This document shows, in pieces, positions 24,628-36,192 of a stretch of 64,000 nt of DNA (position 1 is its first letter; each line of letters starts with the position of its first letter). The stretch comes from Octopus vulgaris (taxonomy: Eukaryota): contig OX597825.1 of assembly GCA_951406725.2 (NCBI GenBank), forward strand, positions 24,242,001 through 24,306,000. The letters run 5' to 3'. The notes beneath the pieces were generated by a model. It did not search any database, was not told the origin of the DNA, and saw nothing but the letters and a program-made list of their open reading frames with translations. Made by a program: the position numbers and the translations under genes.

Positions 24628-24832
24628 ATCAGAATGAATATTTAACATTCTACTATTTCATTTTATTTTATTCAATTATAATATATTATCTTATAATATA
24701 TCATTATAAGATTGTAAATAAAACGTGAAAATCAGACAAGGTTGGAATTCTTTTTATTAATATATTCTTCTATACACAATCACACACACCCATATATATA
24801 TATATCTATATTCCTATTGTGTATATGCCAAC

Positions 24833-26125
24833 ATGTCTGGAAAGCAACAAACAAAATTAACAGAATCCGAAAGAATTCTAATGGAAATTTCATCGAAATT
24901 ATCAACACTCATCACGATGATTGACACACAATCCTCTATTTTAAAGGAAATAGAAAAACAGTCTACAGACGGAAAACTTGGAAATGAACACATAAACTCT
25001 GAAATTAAGAATTTAGCTGAAATGATACCAACAATTATAAAATCTACAAGAGAAAGCCTACCACAACCTCCTTGGATGTCAGAAATAAACGAAAGAAATC
25101 TGGAAAAAGAGGCACACCGAAAAAGAGAAGAGATACAGAAGACATGGAAAAAACTCCTTAACATAAGAAAACAAAACTTCTGGAAGGCATATAAATGCGA
25201 AAAATATGCTGAAATACATTCGAAATGGATATCTTTAGCGGCACCCATACTTCCTCGGAAGTACCTAATTAAAGAAATTGCAGGAGAACCAGAGGAAGAA
25301 ACTAAACTTCGATGGGACCTTAGTTTGATAAAATTCAGGACCGACATCTCCATTACCCTGTCTAAACAATCCCGCTACAAAGCCAAATACGAAGCTATCG
25401 ATGATCAAATCAGAGATGAAATATCCAAACTAACGACCGGCAATATAGCAGAAAAAATGCGAGAACTATGGATCAGAGATATCTCAAAAGAAGAAAGCAG
25501 ATCAAGAAAGTTTTGGCAGCGGAAACAACTATTTCTCGACAAATATGCTACAAATTACGGTAAAGACACCAGAACTCCGAGAAATAGCATTAAAAGTGGA
25601 CAACCTCACCAACGCAACATACACCAGAACACGTGGCAACATGAACACCCGTTTCACCACGAATCGAAGACGAACTACGGTAAGAACTCTTCCCATTTTG
25701 TATGCAAACACCCTAATGCACACAACATGAACAAAAAGCACAAACAAAATAGATATTGTTTTGAACAGACCATTAGCAGTAGAAATAACAGGAGATCATT
25801 TTCAAGACCTCAACAGAGATTACCCACAAGAAACTGGACAAAAAACCGATCTAGATCTAGAAGTAAACCCAGATCATTTCTCCAGGTGGTTAAAAACAAT
25901 GCTAACAAGAAATTGAAAAGTAGCATACATAATACCAAAAACAAGACAGAAAACATAACGAAACCAAGTAAAGTACCACAACCAAAACGCAAAATTCATC
26001 AAGCAAACATCAACAGGAATATAAATCATAACCAGAAAAAAATCCATTTTTTTACGTCAGGACAACAAACACCGGAGAAAGAAAAAATCCAAGAGGAAAC
26101 ATACCCCAAACAACTGAACGTATAG
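24833..26125 (+). CDS. PLE ORF1, 430 aa: N-terminal helical/coiled-coil-like region, Trp-rich helical domain, basic low-complexity C-terminus
   Basis: Uninterrupted non-repetitive ORF inside the element, with the ATG in GCCAACATG context 21 bp after the pLTR. C-terminal ~180 aa are rich in R/K/N/S/H (RSRSRSKPR). Function is inferred, not recognised. Confidence 0.85.
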   Translation: MSGKQQTKLTESERILMEISSKLSTLITMIDTQSSILKEIEKQSTDGKLGNEHINSEIKNLAEMIPTIIKSTRESLPQPPWMSEINERNLEKEAHRKREEIQKTWKKLLNIRKQNFWKAYKCEKYAEIHSKWISLAAPILPRKYLIKEIAGEPEEETKLRWDLSLIKFRTDISITLSKQSRYKAKYEAIDDQIRDEISKLTTGNIAEKMRELWIRDISKEESRSRKFWQRKQLFLDKYATNYGKDTRTPRNSIKSGQPHQRNIHQNTWQHEHPFHHESKTNYGKNSSHFVCKHPNAHNMNKKHKQNRYCFEQTISSRNNRRSFSRPQQRLPTRNWTKNRSRSRSKPRSFLQVVKNNANKKLKSSIHNTKNKTENITKPSKVPQPKRKIHQANINRNINHNQKKIHFFTSGQQTPEKEKIQEETYPKQLNV

Positions 26126-28359
26126 ATCCTAAAATAATTAATTTATCAAAAAGAGATCTTGACAATGATGAAATCCAACTTCTGTCAAAAGGACTGAAAT
26201 TCACACCTACACCAACAGCCAACCACCAAGAATTAAAGGAGGATATCCAAAAATTCTGTCGAAAATTACGACTTGTAGAATTCTTCGCTAACAAAAGTAA
26301 TGAGATTGATGAATCCCTAGTAAGGAATAAATCAAATTTCACCCCACCAAAAGGAAGAAATAACTACCTTGACCAATACATTGATATCCTGTCTAAATTT
26401 CCCCTTAGACGCAATACCAATGTTAGGCCAAACATTAGCAAATCAGAGATGTCTGCATGTAAACGTATACAAAACGATCAAACAATAATAATTAAACAAG
26501 CAGATAAAGGTGGTGCAATTGTTATTATGGATACCGAATACTATAAGGATTTGGTTGAAGACCAACTGAAGGATACAACCTTCTATTGTGAAATACCCGC
26601 AAATATAGACCACCACATCATGAAAAAGATCAACAACCTGATTTCAACACACCACAACTCACTTACGGATAATGAAAAAGACTACATCACCAATTTTGAA
26701 CCAAAACCCAGCAACTTCTACGGCTTACCAAAAATACACAAATCAAAAAACATTCAACAGGCAGTAAAAGAACAAGAAAGTGAGTACATAAAATTATTAC
26801 ATCCAAAAGACCTAAAACTTAGACCTATTATAGCTGGTCCAGCATGCCCTACACACCGTCTAAGCAATTTTATTGACATTGTTTTGAAACCACTATGTAC
26901 TTACATACCAAGTTTCATCAGGGATGACATCGACTTCCTGTCCCATCTTCCCAAAACAACAGAAACAAATTCAGTTTTGCTAAGTTTTGATGTGGTAAGC
27001 CTCTACACCAATATTCCACACGATTTAGGAATAAAGGCGATTAAATACTGGTTAGAAAAACATAGAGAAGTGATTCCCAGCAGATTCACAGTGCCATTTA
27101 TATTAGACACAGTCAAACTTATTCTAGAAAATAACACATTCTTCTTCAATGGAAAGAATTACATCCAAATTAGAGGCACGGCGATGGGAACGAGGTTTGC
27201 TCCCGTTTACGCCAACTCTGTAATGGGATACTTAGAAGAACAACTCTACCAAGAGGTGGAGGTAAACTATGGCACTGGATTTAGAAAGTATATTGAAAAG
27301 GCATGGAAGAGATACCTAGACGACTGTTTCATAATCTGGACAGAATCTCTAAATACTCTGGAAGAGTTCAATATCCTCCTGAACAACCTACACCCATCTC
27401 TCAAATTTACAAAGGAGATGAGTAGTACCAAATTACCATTCCTGGATATAATGGTAATTAAAAAAGACACCACCATCACCACAGATATATACTATAAACA
27501 CACAGACACACATCAATACCTAAATTTTAAGTCGTGCCATCCACCACATACAAAACGTAACATCCCATACTGCCTAGCCAGAAGAATTTGTACTATTGTA
27601 GAAGATGCAAATATCAGGAACAAACGCCTAATAGAACTAAGAGAATTTTTGCTCAAACAAAAATACCCATCTCTACTTATAGAAAATGGCATACAGCGGG
27701 CTATAAAAATACCTATACAACAACTTAGGACAACCCAAGGAAGAGGAAAACAAGAACAAGTCATACCATTCATAGTGACACACAACCCATGTCACCAGAA
27801 TATCTTCAACATTGCCAAAGCAAACCTACCAATCATTGCCCAAAGTAATGAATTAAAAGACATAATCAAGGATCGAGCTATGGTGCTTAGTAAAAGACAG
27901 CCTAAAAACTTGAAAACATTACTAACAAAGGCAAAATTTGACCTCAGCAACAAAGACCAAACATTCACGGTATCTAAATGCAATGATAGCCGATGTGGCA
28001 CATGCCAATTCATACATACCGGTCAATATATAAACACAAAAACCGGGAAAATATTCACAAACGCGAATATGAACTGCAAAAGCAGAAATTTAATTTACTG
28101 CATCAAATGCCCAAATTGTGAAGAAATATATGTAGGTCAGACGGGAAACGCACTATTAGAACGCTCACGTGTACACCGGCAACAGATTAGAGACCCAGAG
28201 GTCCGTCAGATACCTTTGAGTAACCACCTAGCAACATGTGGTCGGAAAATATATATAATATTTCCATTCTACAAATTACACAGCCCAAGTGAAATCGAGA
28301 GGAAAATCAGAGAAAATAATTTTATTGATAAATTCGAACCCAAGCTAAATAAGCAATAA
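26032..28359 (+). CDS. PLE ORF2: reverse transcriptase + Cys-rich linker + GIY-YIG endonuclease (frame open from 26032; first ATG at 26449)
   Basis: Hand translation upstream of the ATG gives the PLE N-terminal motif IINLSKRDLDNDEIQLLSKGLKFTPTP. Then follow KQADKGGAIVIMD, FYGLPKIHK, LRPII, SFDVVSLYTNIP, GTAMG, RYLDDCF, LPFLDI, KCNDSRCGTC and LIYCIKCPNCEEIYVGQT, with downstream His residues. Confidence 0.95.
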   Translation, partial: PEKNPFFYVRTTNTGERKNPRGNIPQTTERIDPKIINLSKRDLDNDEIQLLSKGLKFTPTPTANHQELKEDIQKFCRKLRLVEFFANKSNEIDESLVRNKSNFTPPKGRNNYLDQYIDILSKFPLRRNTNVRPNISKSEMSACKRIQNDQTIIIKQADKGGAIVIMDTEYYKDLVEDQLKDTTFYCEIPANIDHHIMKKINNLISTHHNSLTDNEKDYITNFEPKPSNFYGLPKIHKSKNIQQAVKEQESEYIKLLHPKDLKLRPIIAGPACPTHRLSNFIDIVLKPLCTYIPSFIRDDIDFLSHLPKTTETNSVLLSFDVVSLYTNIPHDLGIKAIKYWLEKHREVIPSRFTVPFILDTVKLILENNTFFFNGKNYIQIRGTAMGTRFAPVYANSVMGYLEEQLYQEVEVNYGTGFRKYIEKAWKRYLDDCFIIWTESLNTLEEFNILLNNLHPSLKFTKEMSSTKLPFLDIMVIKKDTTITTDIYYKHTDTHQYLNFKSCHPPHTKRNIPYCLARRICTIVEDANIRNKRLIELREFLLKQKYPSLLIENGIQRAIKIPIQQLRTTQGRGKQEQVIPFIVTHNPCHQNIFNIAKANLPIIAQSNELKDIIKDRAMVLSKRQPKNLKTLLTKAKFDLSNKDQTFTVSKCNDSRCGTCQFIHTGQYINTKTGKIFTNANMNCKSRNLIYCIKCPNCEEIYVGQTGNALLERSRVHRQQIRDPEVRQIPLSNHLATCGRKIYIIFPFYKLHSPSEIERKIRENNFIDKFEPKLNKQ

Positions 28360-28461
28360 TAATAATACTTAGAGGTATTACTTCCACTGCTACGACCATG
28401 ACCACTAACAACAACAACAATACTAAAGGTGATCAAGACGAAGATAGCAGGAAAATTATCT

Positions 28462-29082
28462 TATTTAGGGTTAAAAGTTCTATTGCCACTACCATCACCA
28501 CTAGCAACAATAATTAAGGTGCTGACAATGATGATGATGACAATTGAAATATAAAAATATAAAAATCTCTGACAAAGGATATTTACAACATTTCTAAAAA
28601 TAACCCAACAATTGCTGCTTCGGCCAGGGTCAAGATACAGGACTCTTGACCTGTCCAACAAAGCGTGATGCCTAAACCAATCAGCTCAACCAACCAATCA
28701 GCTTAAGTAATTGAGTGATACTACACACTGATTGGTCAGAATACAGTTTGCAAAACCTAGCACTCTGGAGCCTACCCAGCTGTATTTATAGCACAGAATC
28801 ACTCATCTTGCTACAGTCAAAAATTGTGAAGCATGACTGTCAACACTACTACATGAACCCGAAGATTGCAGAATTCAATGCATGAAAGTACTAGTTCAAT
28901 CAGAATGAATATTTAACATTCTACTATTTCATTTTATTTTATTCAATTATAATATATTATCTTATAATATATCATTATAAGATTGTAAATAAAACGTGAA
29001 AATCAGACAAGGTTGGAATTCTTTTTATTAATATATTCTTCTATACACAATCACACACACCCATATATATATATATCTATAT
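28462..29082 (+). repeat. 3' pseudo-LTR (direct repeat copy 2)
   Basis: Same sequence as 24191-24811. Begins 102 bp after the ORF2 stop and runs into (TA)n. Confidence 0.95.
28854..28898 (+). ncRNA. Variant minimal type I hammerhead ribozyme in 3' pLTR
   Basis: Identical copy of 24583-24627. Confidence 0.75.
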
Positions 29083-29648
29083 ATATATATATGTATATAT
29101 ATGTATATATATGTATATATATATATATATAAACATATAAATACACACACATATACATGTAAACATACATGCATATTATATATGTATGTGTACATAACTA
29201 TATAGATATATATAGTTATAGATACATATACATATATGTATATATACACACACATATATACATGTATGTATTCTTATACATATACATGCACACACATACA
29301 CACACACGTACATATATATGTCCATAGGAAATAAGAGAGAGTGAGATGTGTGACTGACTCCTTTTTTTTTTACATCAATTCTTAATGTTAGCTTTAGTGA
29401 AAAATAAAAATGAAAAAGAACAATGTCAATTTTTCCCAAACATACCAAGTTAGATGAAAAGTATGATAAAATATATATATTTAGATATATTCCAATTTAA
29501 TTTCATTAATTCGGTTGTGTTATAAATTTACACACTCCTCTAGTCTTCTGATATGATTATACCATTTTTTTTCAGGAAAAAGTGAAACTTGGCAACTCAT
29601 AGCATATGCTTACTTTCCTTGGAGAAAAAACATCTATTTTTAAAAGAT

Positions 29649-29682
<34 letters not shown>

Positions 29683-29699
29683 CACAAATATACATATAC

Positions 29700-29742
<43 letters not shown>

Positions 29743-29781
29743 TATACACACACACATATATATATATACATACATATATAT

Positions 29782-29818
<37 letters not shown>

Positions 29819-30399
29819 GCAGATACAGTTGTTGTTGTTGTTGTTGTTTTGATTATTGCGGGGGGTTGTTGGTGTTGTTCTCGTTATTTTGTTTATTATT
29901 TTCCATTCGGTTTTAGATTTATGAAATATTTAACGTTATTTTGTTATTGTAGACATTCGCTGTTTTATCATGTTTATGATCACAAAAAAAAATATTCAAT
30001 TATGAACCAACAAATTTATAACCACATCTGCAACTGTTACTACATAAGATGAAAACATTTTCTTTTTCACTTAAATACGTTTTTTTTTGTGTTTTATTAC
30101 TATATATATATATATATATATAGTGCCTGATGAGCTGTCTGATATAGCGTCTGAAGCAATGCTACTCTTCTCTATTCAACCATGGGTAAAATTTCTAAAG
30201 ATCTTGTGTAATTCATCACACATAATAATTTATATGTAATGTAATTCAGAGTAGTATGGCACAGAAACAATTGTAACCAGTATTAAATTTATACTTTATT
30301 GATATCTTCATTTTCTTCCTCGTCTTATACGCATATATATGTGTACATGGATATCTATATATATATATATACATGTATATATTTGGGTGTGTGTATGTA

Positions 30400-30797
30400 T
30401 AGGAGTGGCTGTGTGGTAAGTAGCTTGCTAACCAACCACATGGTTCTGGGTTCAGTCCCACTGCGTGGCATCTTGGGCAAGTGTCTTCTGCTATAGCCTC
30501 GGGCTGACCAAAGCCTTGTGAGTGGATTTGGTAGACGGAAACTGAAAGAAGCCCGTCGTATATATGTATATATATATATATATTTGCATGTGTGTGTATA
30601 TGTTTGTCCCTCTAGCATTGCTTGACAACCGATGATGGTGTGTTTACGTCTCCGTCACTTAGCAGTTCGGAAAAAGAGACCGATTGAATAAGTACTGGGC
30701 TTACAAAGTCCCAGGGTCGATTTGCTCGACTAAAGGCGGTGCTCCAGCATGGCTGCAGTCAAATGACTGAAACAAGTAAAAGAGTAAAAGAGTAAAG
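30400..30797 (+). mobile_element. SINE family A
   Basis: Match to 31-463. Confidence 0.85.
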
Positions 30798-30827
30798 GAG
30801 TATATGTAGAAGGTTGAAAGGGATATA

Positions 30828-30907
<80 letters not shown>

Positions 30908-31127
30908 TATATATACATACATGTGTTCTCATTGTAGCCATGAAATAGATGAGATTTTCTATAGAGTCCTTTACTTCTAATAATCATATCTTGTCTACCC
31001 AACATCAATATTGAGACTTCATTTAAACTTCTGTCTTTCAAGTATTATCCTGAGTATATTCCATATACATACGTACATACATGTGTATTTACATACATAT
31101 ATATGTGTGTGTATATATATATGTATA

Positions 31128-31189
<62 letters not shown>

Positions 31190-31626
31190 AGTATACATAT
31201 ATACATATATACATATATACAAACAAGCACACAATTACCAGCACATATACATGTGTGTGTGCGCCTGTGTGTGCATGTGTGTGTGTGCGCCTGTGTGTGC
31301 ATGTGTGTGTGTCTATGTGTGCGTCTGTGTATCTGTCTTTTGTGTACATAATATTAAGATATATGTGAAGAGTATTTTTCTGGCTTTAAGATATGTCAAC
31401 ATTTTCTTTATCCGTTTTCATTTATTTCCGAAATTCATATGAAGAAAGGAAATTAGAATGTGTAAGCATTTTTCTTAAACAACTGGGTTTTTACTGAAAG
31501 TTACTGGTTTATTTTCATCTCCAGGTATGAAATAGGTTTTTTTTTCCTTTGTACACTTTTGTATGAATACATTTATCGCATTGAAAGCCAAAAAGACAAT
31601 TCTGCAATTTTATTGTATGTAAGCTT

Positions 31627-31862
31627 TCTTATTTCTTTATTGCTCACAAGTGGCTAAACATAGAGGGGATGAACAAGGACAGACAAAGGAATTAAGTCGA
31701 TTACATCGACCCCAGTGTGTAACTGGTACTTAATTTATCGACCCCGAAAGGATGAAAGGCAAAGTCGACCTCGGTGGAATTTGAACTCAGAACATAAAGA
31801 CGGACGAAATACCGCTAAGCATTTTACTTGGAGTGCTAACGTGTCTGCCAGCTTGCCGCCTT
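31627..31862 (-). mobile_element. SINE family C (Nin/Deu-domain-like)
   Basis: Reverse complement contains GCCTTTCATCCTTTCGGGGTCGATAAATTAAGTACC, resembling the Nin/Deu SINE central domain. Confidence 0.75.
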
Positions 31863-32704
31863 TGTATGTAAGCTTTCTGTATAAGGTAGCAAGCTGGCAA
31901 AATTATTAGGACATCAAACAAACTGCTCAGCAATATTTCTTCTGAATCCAAATCCCTCCGAGGGGAACCTAACCTTTCATCCCTTTCGGGGTCCATAAAT
32001 AAAGTATCAGTCATGTACTGGGGATGATGTAATCGACTTACCCCACCCCCACCCTCACATCAAATGTTGTTTTGCCTTGAACCCTGCATCAGACTGGCAT
32101 ACCATTCAAGGAGAATGTTATGGTCTGAGACACATATCTCTTTATCATCGTCAACACTATCATCTAAAGTCCATTTTCTATGTTGGCATGGGTTGGACGG
32201 TTTTACATATGCTGGTAAGGCCAGGGCCCACACTAAACTCCTTTGTCTGTTCTGGTGTGATTTCTACAGCTGGATGCTCTTCCTAAAGCTTTGGTTATGA
32301 TCGAAAAACATCCCAACAAATACACAACCAAATCATCACAACTTCTAAATATATATAACATAGAGAAAATAGTACTGCTGTGTACCACTCATACATCTTA
32401 TGTAGGGCACTTTCAATGTAGTGAATATAACAACAACACTAAACAAACTACAGCACATACCCAAGGCTCTAATGTTCTTCTTCATGTGCCACCCGTACAA
32501 GTGCCAGTAAGGCAACGCTGGTAACGATCACACTCGAATGATGCTTTTTATGTGCCACCAGCACAGGAGCCAGTCAGAGGCCCTGGCAACGATCACTCTC
32601 AGATGGTGCTTTAACAATACCTAGCAATTAATAGTATAATTAATTTATTTTGCTTCTTACCGATCCAAATTACAATGGTAGCATTGAAGATATTATATAC
32701 ATTT

Positions 32705-33121
32705 AAGGCGGTGAGCTGGCAGAAATGTTAGCAAGTCGGGCGAAATGCTTAGCAGTATTTCGTCCGCTGCTACGTTCTGAGTTCAAATTCCGCCGAGGTC
32801 GACTTTGCCATTCATCCTTTTGGGGTTGATAAATTAAGTACCAGTTACACACTGGGGTCGATATAATCAACTTAATCCGTTTGTCTGTCCTTGTTTGTCC
32901 CCTCTATGTTTAGCCCCTTGTGGGTAGTAAAGAAATAGGTATTTCATGTGCCGTTATGTTCTGAGTTCAAATTTTGGCGAGGTCAACTTTACTTTTCATC
33001 CTTTCGGGGTCGATTAAATAAGTACCAGTTACGCACTGGGGTCGATATAATTGACTTAATCCATTTGTCTGCCCTTGTTTGTCCTCTCTGTTTTTAGCCC
33101 CTTGTGGGTAGTAAAGAAATA
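32705..33121 (+). mobile_element. SINE family C, tandem dimer
   Basis: Head GGCGGTGAGCTGGCAGAA, B-box GAGTTCAAATTCC; the body is repeated twice. Confidence 0.8.
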
Positions 33122-33561
33122 GATATTATATACATTTGCTCATTTGTGTTACATTAGTTTGTTTATTTGTTTTTTTTTTTTGCTATGAATGATGACAGAT
33201 TTGAGGAATATGTTAGTAAGTCATTGTCTGACAGCTTGATGGCTTTTCTGTTGTTAACACTGGATTGCTTTCCCAGTAAGGTGTCTTTCATTCCGCGTGA
33301 CTTTGAAGACACAAAGCAAGTGGATGCTGTGTTGACAGAAGAACAAACAACATCAACATCACACCACCTGTATCTCACAACTTTCAGACAAGCAAGTTGT
33401 AAGCAAACACGTAGGCACACAAACATACACTAACACACACACATACGCATAAACCGAAAGGCCAACACAAAGAGTAACACTATAACCTTCAAAACTTCCT
33501 TGTAAATGATTCATTTACTACTCAATTCCTATGCTTTATTCTGTTTGCTGTTCTGGCATTT

Positions 33562-33595
<34 letters not shown>

Positions 33596-34174
33596 TGTGT
33601 CTGTGTTTGTCCCCCCAACATTGCTTGGCAACTGATGCTGGTGTGTTTATGTCCCTTTCGTGATTGATAAATTAAGTACCAGTTATGCACTGGGTCGATG
33701 TAATCGACTTAATACCTTTATCTGTCCTTGTTTGTCCCCTCTATGTTTAGCCCCTCGTGGGCAATAAAGAAATAAGAATCGTGAGCATGCAGGGCAAAAT
33801 GCTTGGTGGTATTTCATCTGCCATTACGTTCTGAATTCAAATTCTGCTGAGGTCAGCTTTGCTTTTCATCCTTTCAGGGTCAATGAAATAAGTACCAGTT
33901 ATGCACTGGGGGTTGATATAATTAACTCGTCCCCTTCCCTCAGAACTTTTCAAGGCCTTGTGTCTAGAGTAGAAATCATTGTTATTACTATCATATAATT
34001 ATGCAACTGTTTTCTTTTGATTGCTCTCTTCCAAATTTACAAACAAGGTTTTGTGTGGACTCAGGCTCTTGTATGGGACAACATACCCAAGGTACTATGC
34101 AGAAAGACTGAACCCCCAAAGTTGGGAGATAAACTTCTTAACCATACCTATACTGAGAAATGTATATGTGTACT

Positions 34175-34830
34175 GGTGGCCCATAAAAGGCACTGTGCCA
34201 GTGACACATAAAAGACACCTGTGCTGGTGACACATGAAAGTCTCCTGTGGTGGTGACATGTAAAATGCACCTGTGCCACTGGCATATAAAGGCACCCATA
34301 CTGGCGACACATAAAAGGCACTCATGCCAGTGAAACATAAAGGGCACCTGTGCTGGGGACATGTAAAAAGCACCTGTGCCATTGAGATGTAAATGGCACC
34401 TGAGTCAGTAACACATAAAAGGCACCTGGGCTGGTGATACATAAGAGGCACTTGTACCAGTGACATGTAAAAGACACATGTGGTAATGTAACGTAAAAGG
34501 CACCTGTGACAGTGACACATAAAAGGCATCTGTACCAGTGACATGTAAAAGACACTTGTGCTAATGTAACGCAAAGGGTACCTCTTCCAGTGATACATTA
34601 AAAAGGCACTTGTGCCAGTGACATGTAAGAGGCACTGTGCCAGCGACACGTAAAATGCCGTCGTGCTGGTGACACATGAGAAGTACCCATGCTGCTGACA
34701 TATAACAGGCACCAGCAAACTCTGTGTGGTGGTTGGCATTAGGAAGGGTGTCTAGACATAAAAACCAATCCAAAACAAACAATGTAGTCTGGTACAGCTC
34801 TCCAACTTACCTGTTCCAGTTAAATCATCC
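34175..34830 (+). repeat. Degenerate ~27-30-bp minisatellite ending in an RTE-type tail
   Basis: Recurring CCTGTGCCAGTGACACATAAAAGGCA-like units. Confidence 0.7.
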
Positions 34831-35181
34831 ACACACAAACACACACATATACATATACATATGATATATATACATTTACATATATTAAGATCGCTAGCCA
34901 CTACACATTCTTTATTTTCTTTTTGCGTTCCTTTCTGTGGAAAAACGTAAACTTGAAACGTTAAAGACTTTTTCACTTCCCAAGTGTTAAACTAATACAT
35001 CTGTTTGTTGTCACCACCACCTGTCTTTGTCTTTTGTATTTTTGTAAATTCTCCCTCTATATATATATATAATATACATATATATGTATATATGTTATAT
35101 ATGTATATATGTTATATATATATATATATATAGTATTATATATATACATATATGTATATATATACATATATATATATATTT

Positions 35182-35212
<31 letters not shown>

Positions 35213-35217
35213 ATAGT

Positions 35218-35341
<124 letters not shown>

Positions 35342-35367
35342 CACACATATACACTCATATGCAAAGG

Positions 35368-35406
<39 letters not shown>

Positions 35407-36192
35407 ACACACACAAACACAGGTAACAGTATTTCTCTCTCACGTTATTTTTGCATTATTAGTGTTGTTTTTTTTATTCTTTTCATTATTGTTTTCACTC
35501 TTGTTATTCTTGTTAATTTTATCTCTTTTGAAAATTTTTCCTTTTCTGTTTTTCTCTTTTCTTTCCTGTTTAATCCCCACGCCCACCTCTGCTCCCGCCC
35601 CGAACACCTACGCCTTATTGCAGATCCCCAAATTATCTCAGTTTAGTATTCGTTATCACGCTTGTAGTATTAATGAAAACGCTTAAACCAGAGCTGAGAA
35701 GCTATCGCAGATTATGATAACATAAACACGCAACTCCAACAAATTGGCTGCTTTAAAGATTACAGCCAGATCAGGGACTTTTAATTGATTTATTTAATGC
35801 TTACCAAATAAATCACACACTCACACACACACACAGATGTATTGGTGTATGTGTCTATATATATGTTTATAGGCACAGGAATGGCTACGTGGTAGGATGT
35901 TTGCTTCCCAGTCAAACGGTTCCAGGTTCAGTCCCATTGCATGGTACATAAGGCAAGTGTCTTTTATTGCAGTTCTGGGTAGCTAAAACCTTCTGAGTTC
36001 AGTGTTTTAAATTTGGGTTTTGTTCTCATTAACAGAGGTGGTCAGATCTACCTCAGTGCCATCGCAACCAAGGTTGATTAGAGGTTATGTTAACCACATG
36101 AGGGGATGGTTGTATCCAAGGAAATACTGGTTCAGTTCCTAGTATTTTGGGGGGAATTAAATTTTCTTGAAACAATAGGTATATATATATAT

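Larger units (their letters stand above)
24191..24811 (+). repeat. 5' pseudo-LTR (direct repeat copy 1)
   Basis: Starts TATTTAGGGTTAAAAG and ends CACACACACCCATATATATATATATCTATAT. Matches 28462-29082 at offset 4271 with no mismatch seen by eye. Confidence 0.95.
24191..29082 (+). mobile_element. Penelope-like retroelement (Neptune-type), apparently intact: pLTR-ORF1-ORF2(RT, GIY-YIG)-pLTR
   Basis: 621-bp direct repeats (24191-24811, 28462-29082) flank two long open frames. PLE-type RT motifs and a C-terminal GIY-YIG endonuclease with a Cys-rich linker are present. Both ends abut (TA)n; no TSD is discernible. Confidence 0.95.

Noticed and set aside
24814-25353. 179-aa minus-strand ORF
   Set aside because: Shadow of ORF1 with no recognisable motif.
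30124-30160. Hammerhead start CTGATGA-GCTGT..ATAGC after (TA)n
   Set aside because: GAAA, stem III and the stem I partner are missing; at most a truncated relic.
33163-33433. Overlapping 87-88 aa ORFs in unique sequence
   Set aside because: No homology recognised and no convincing splice-site pair.
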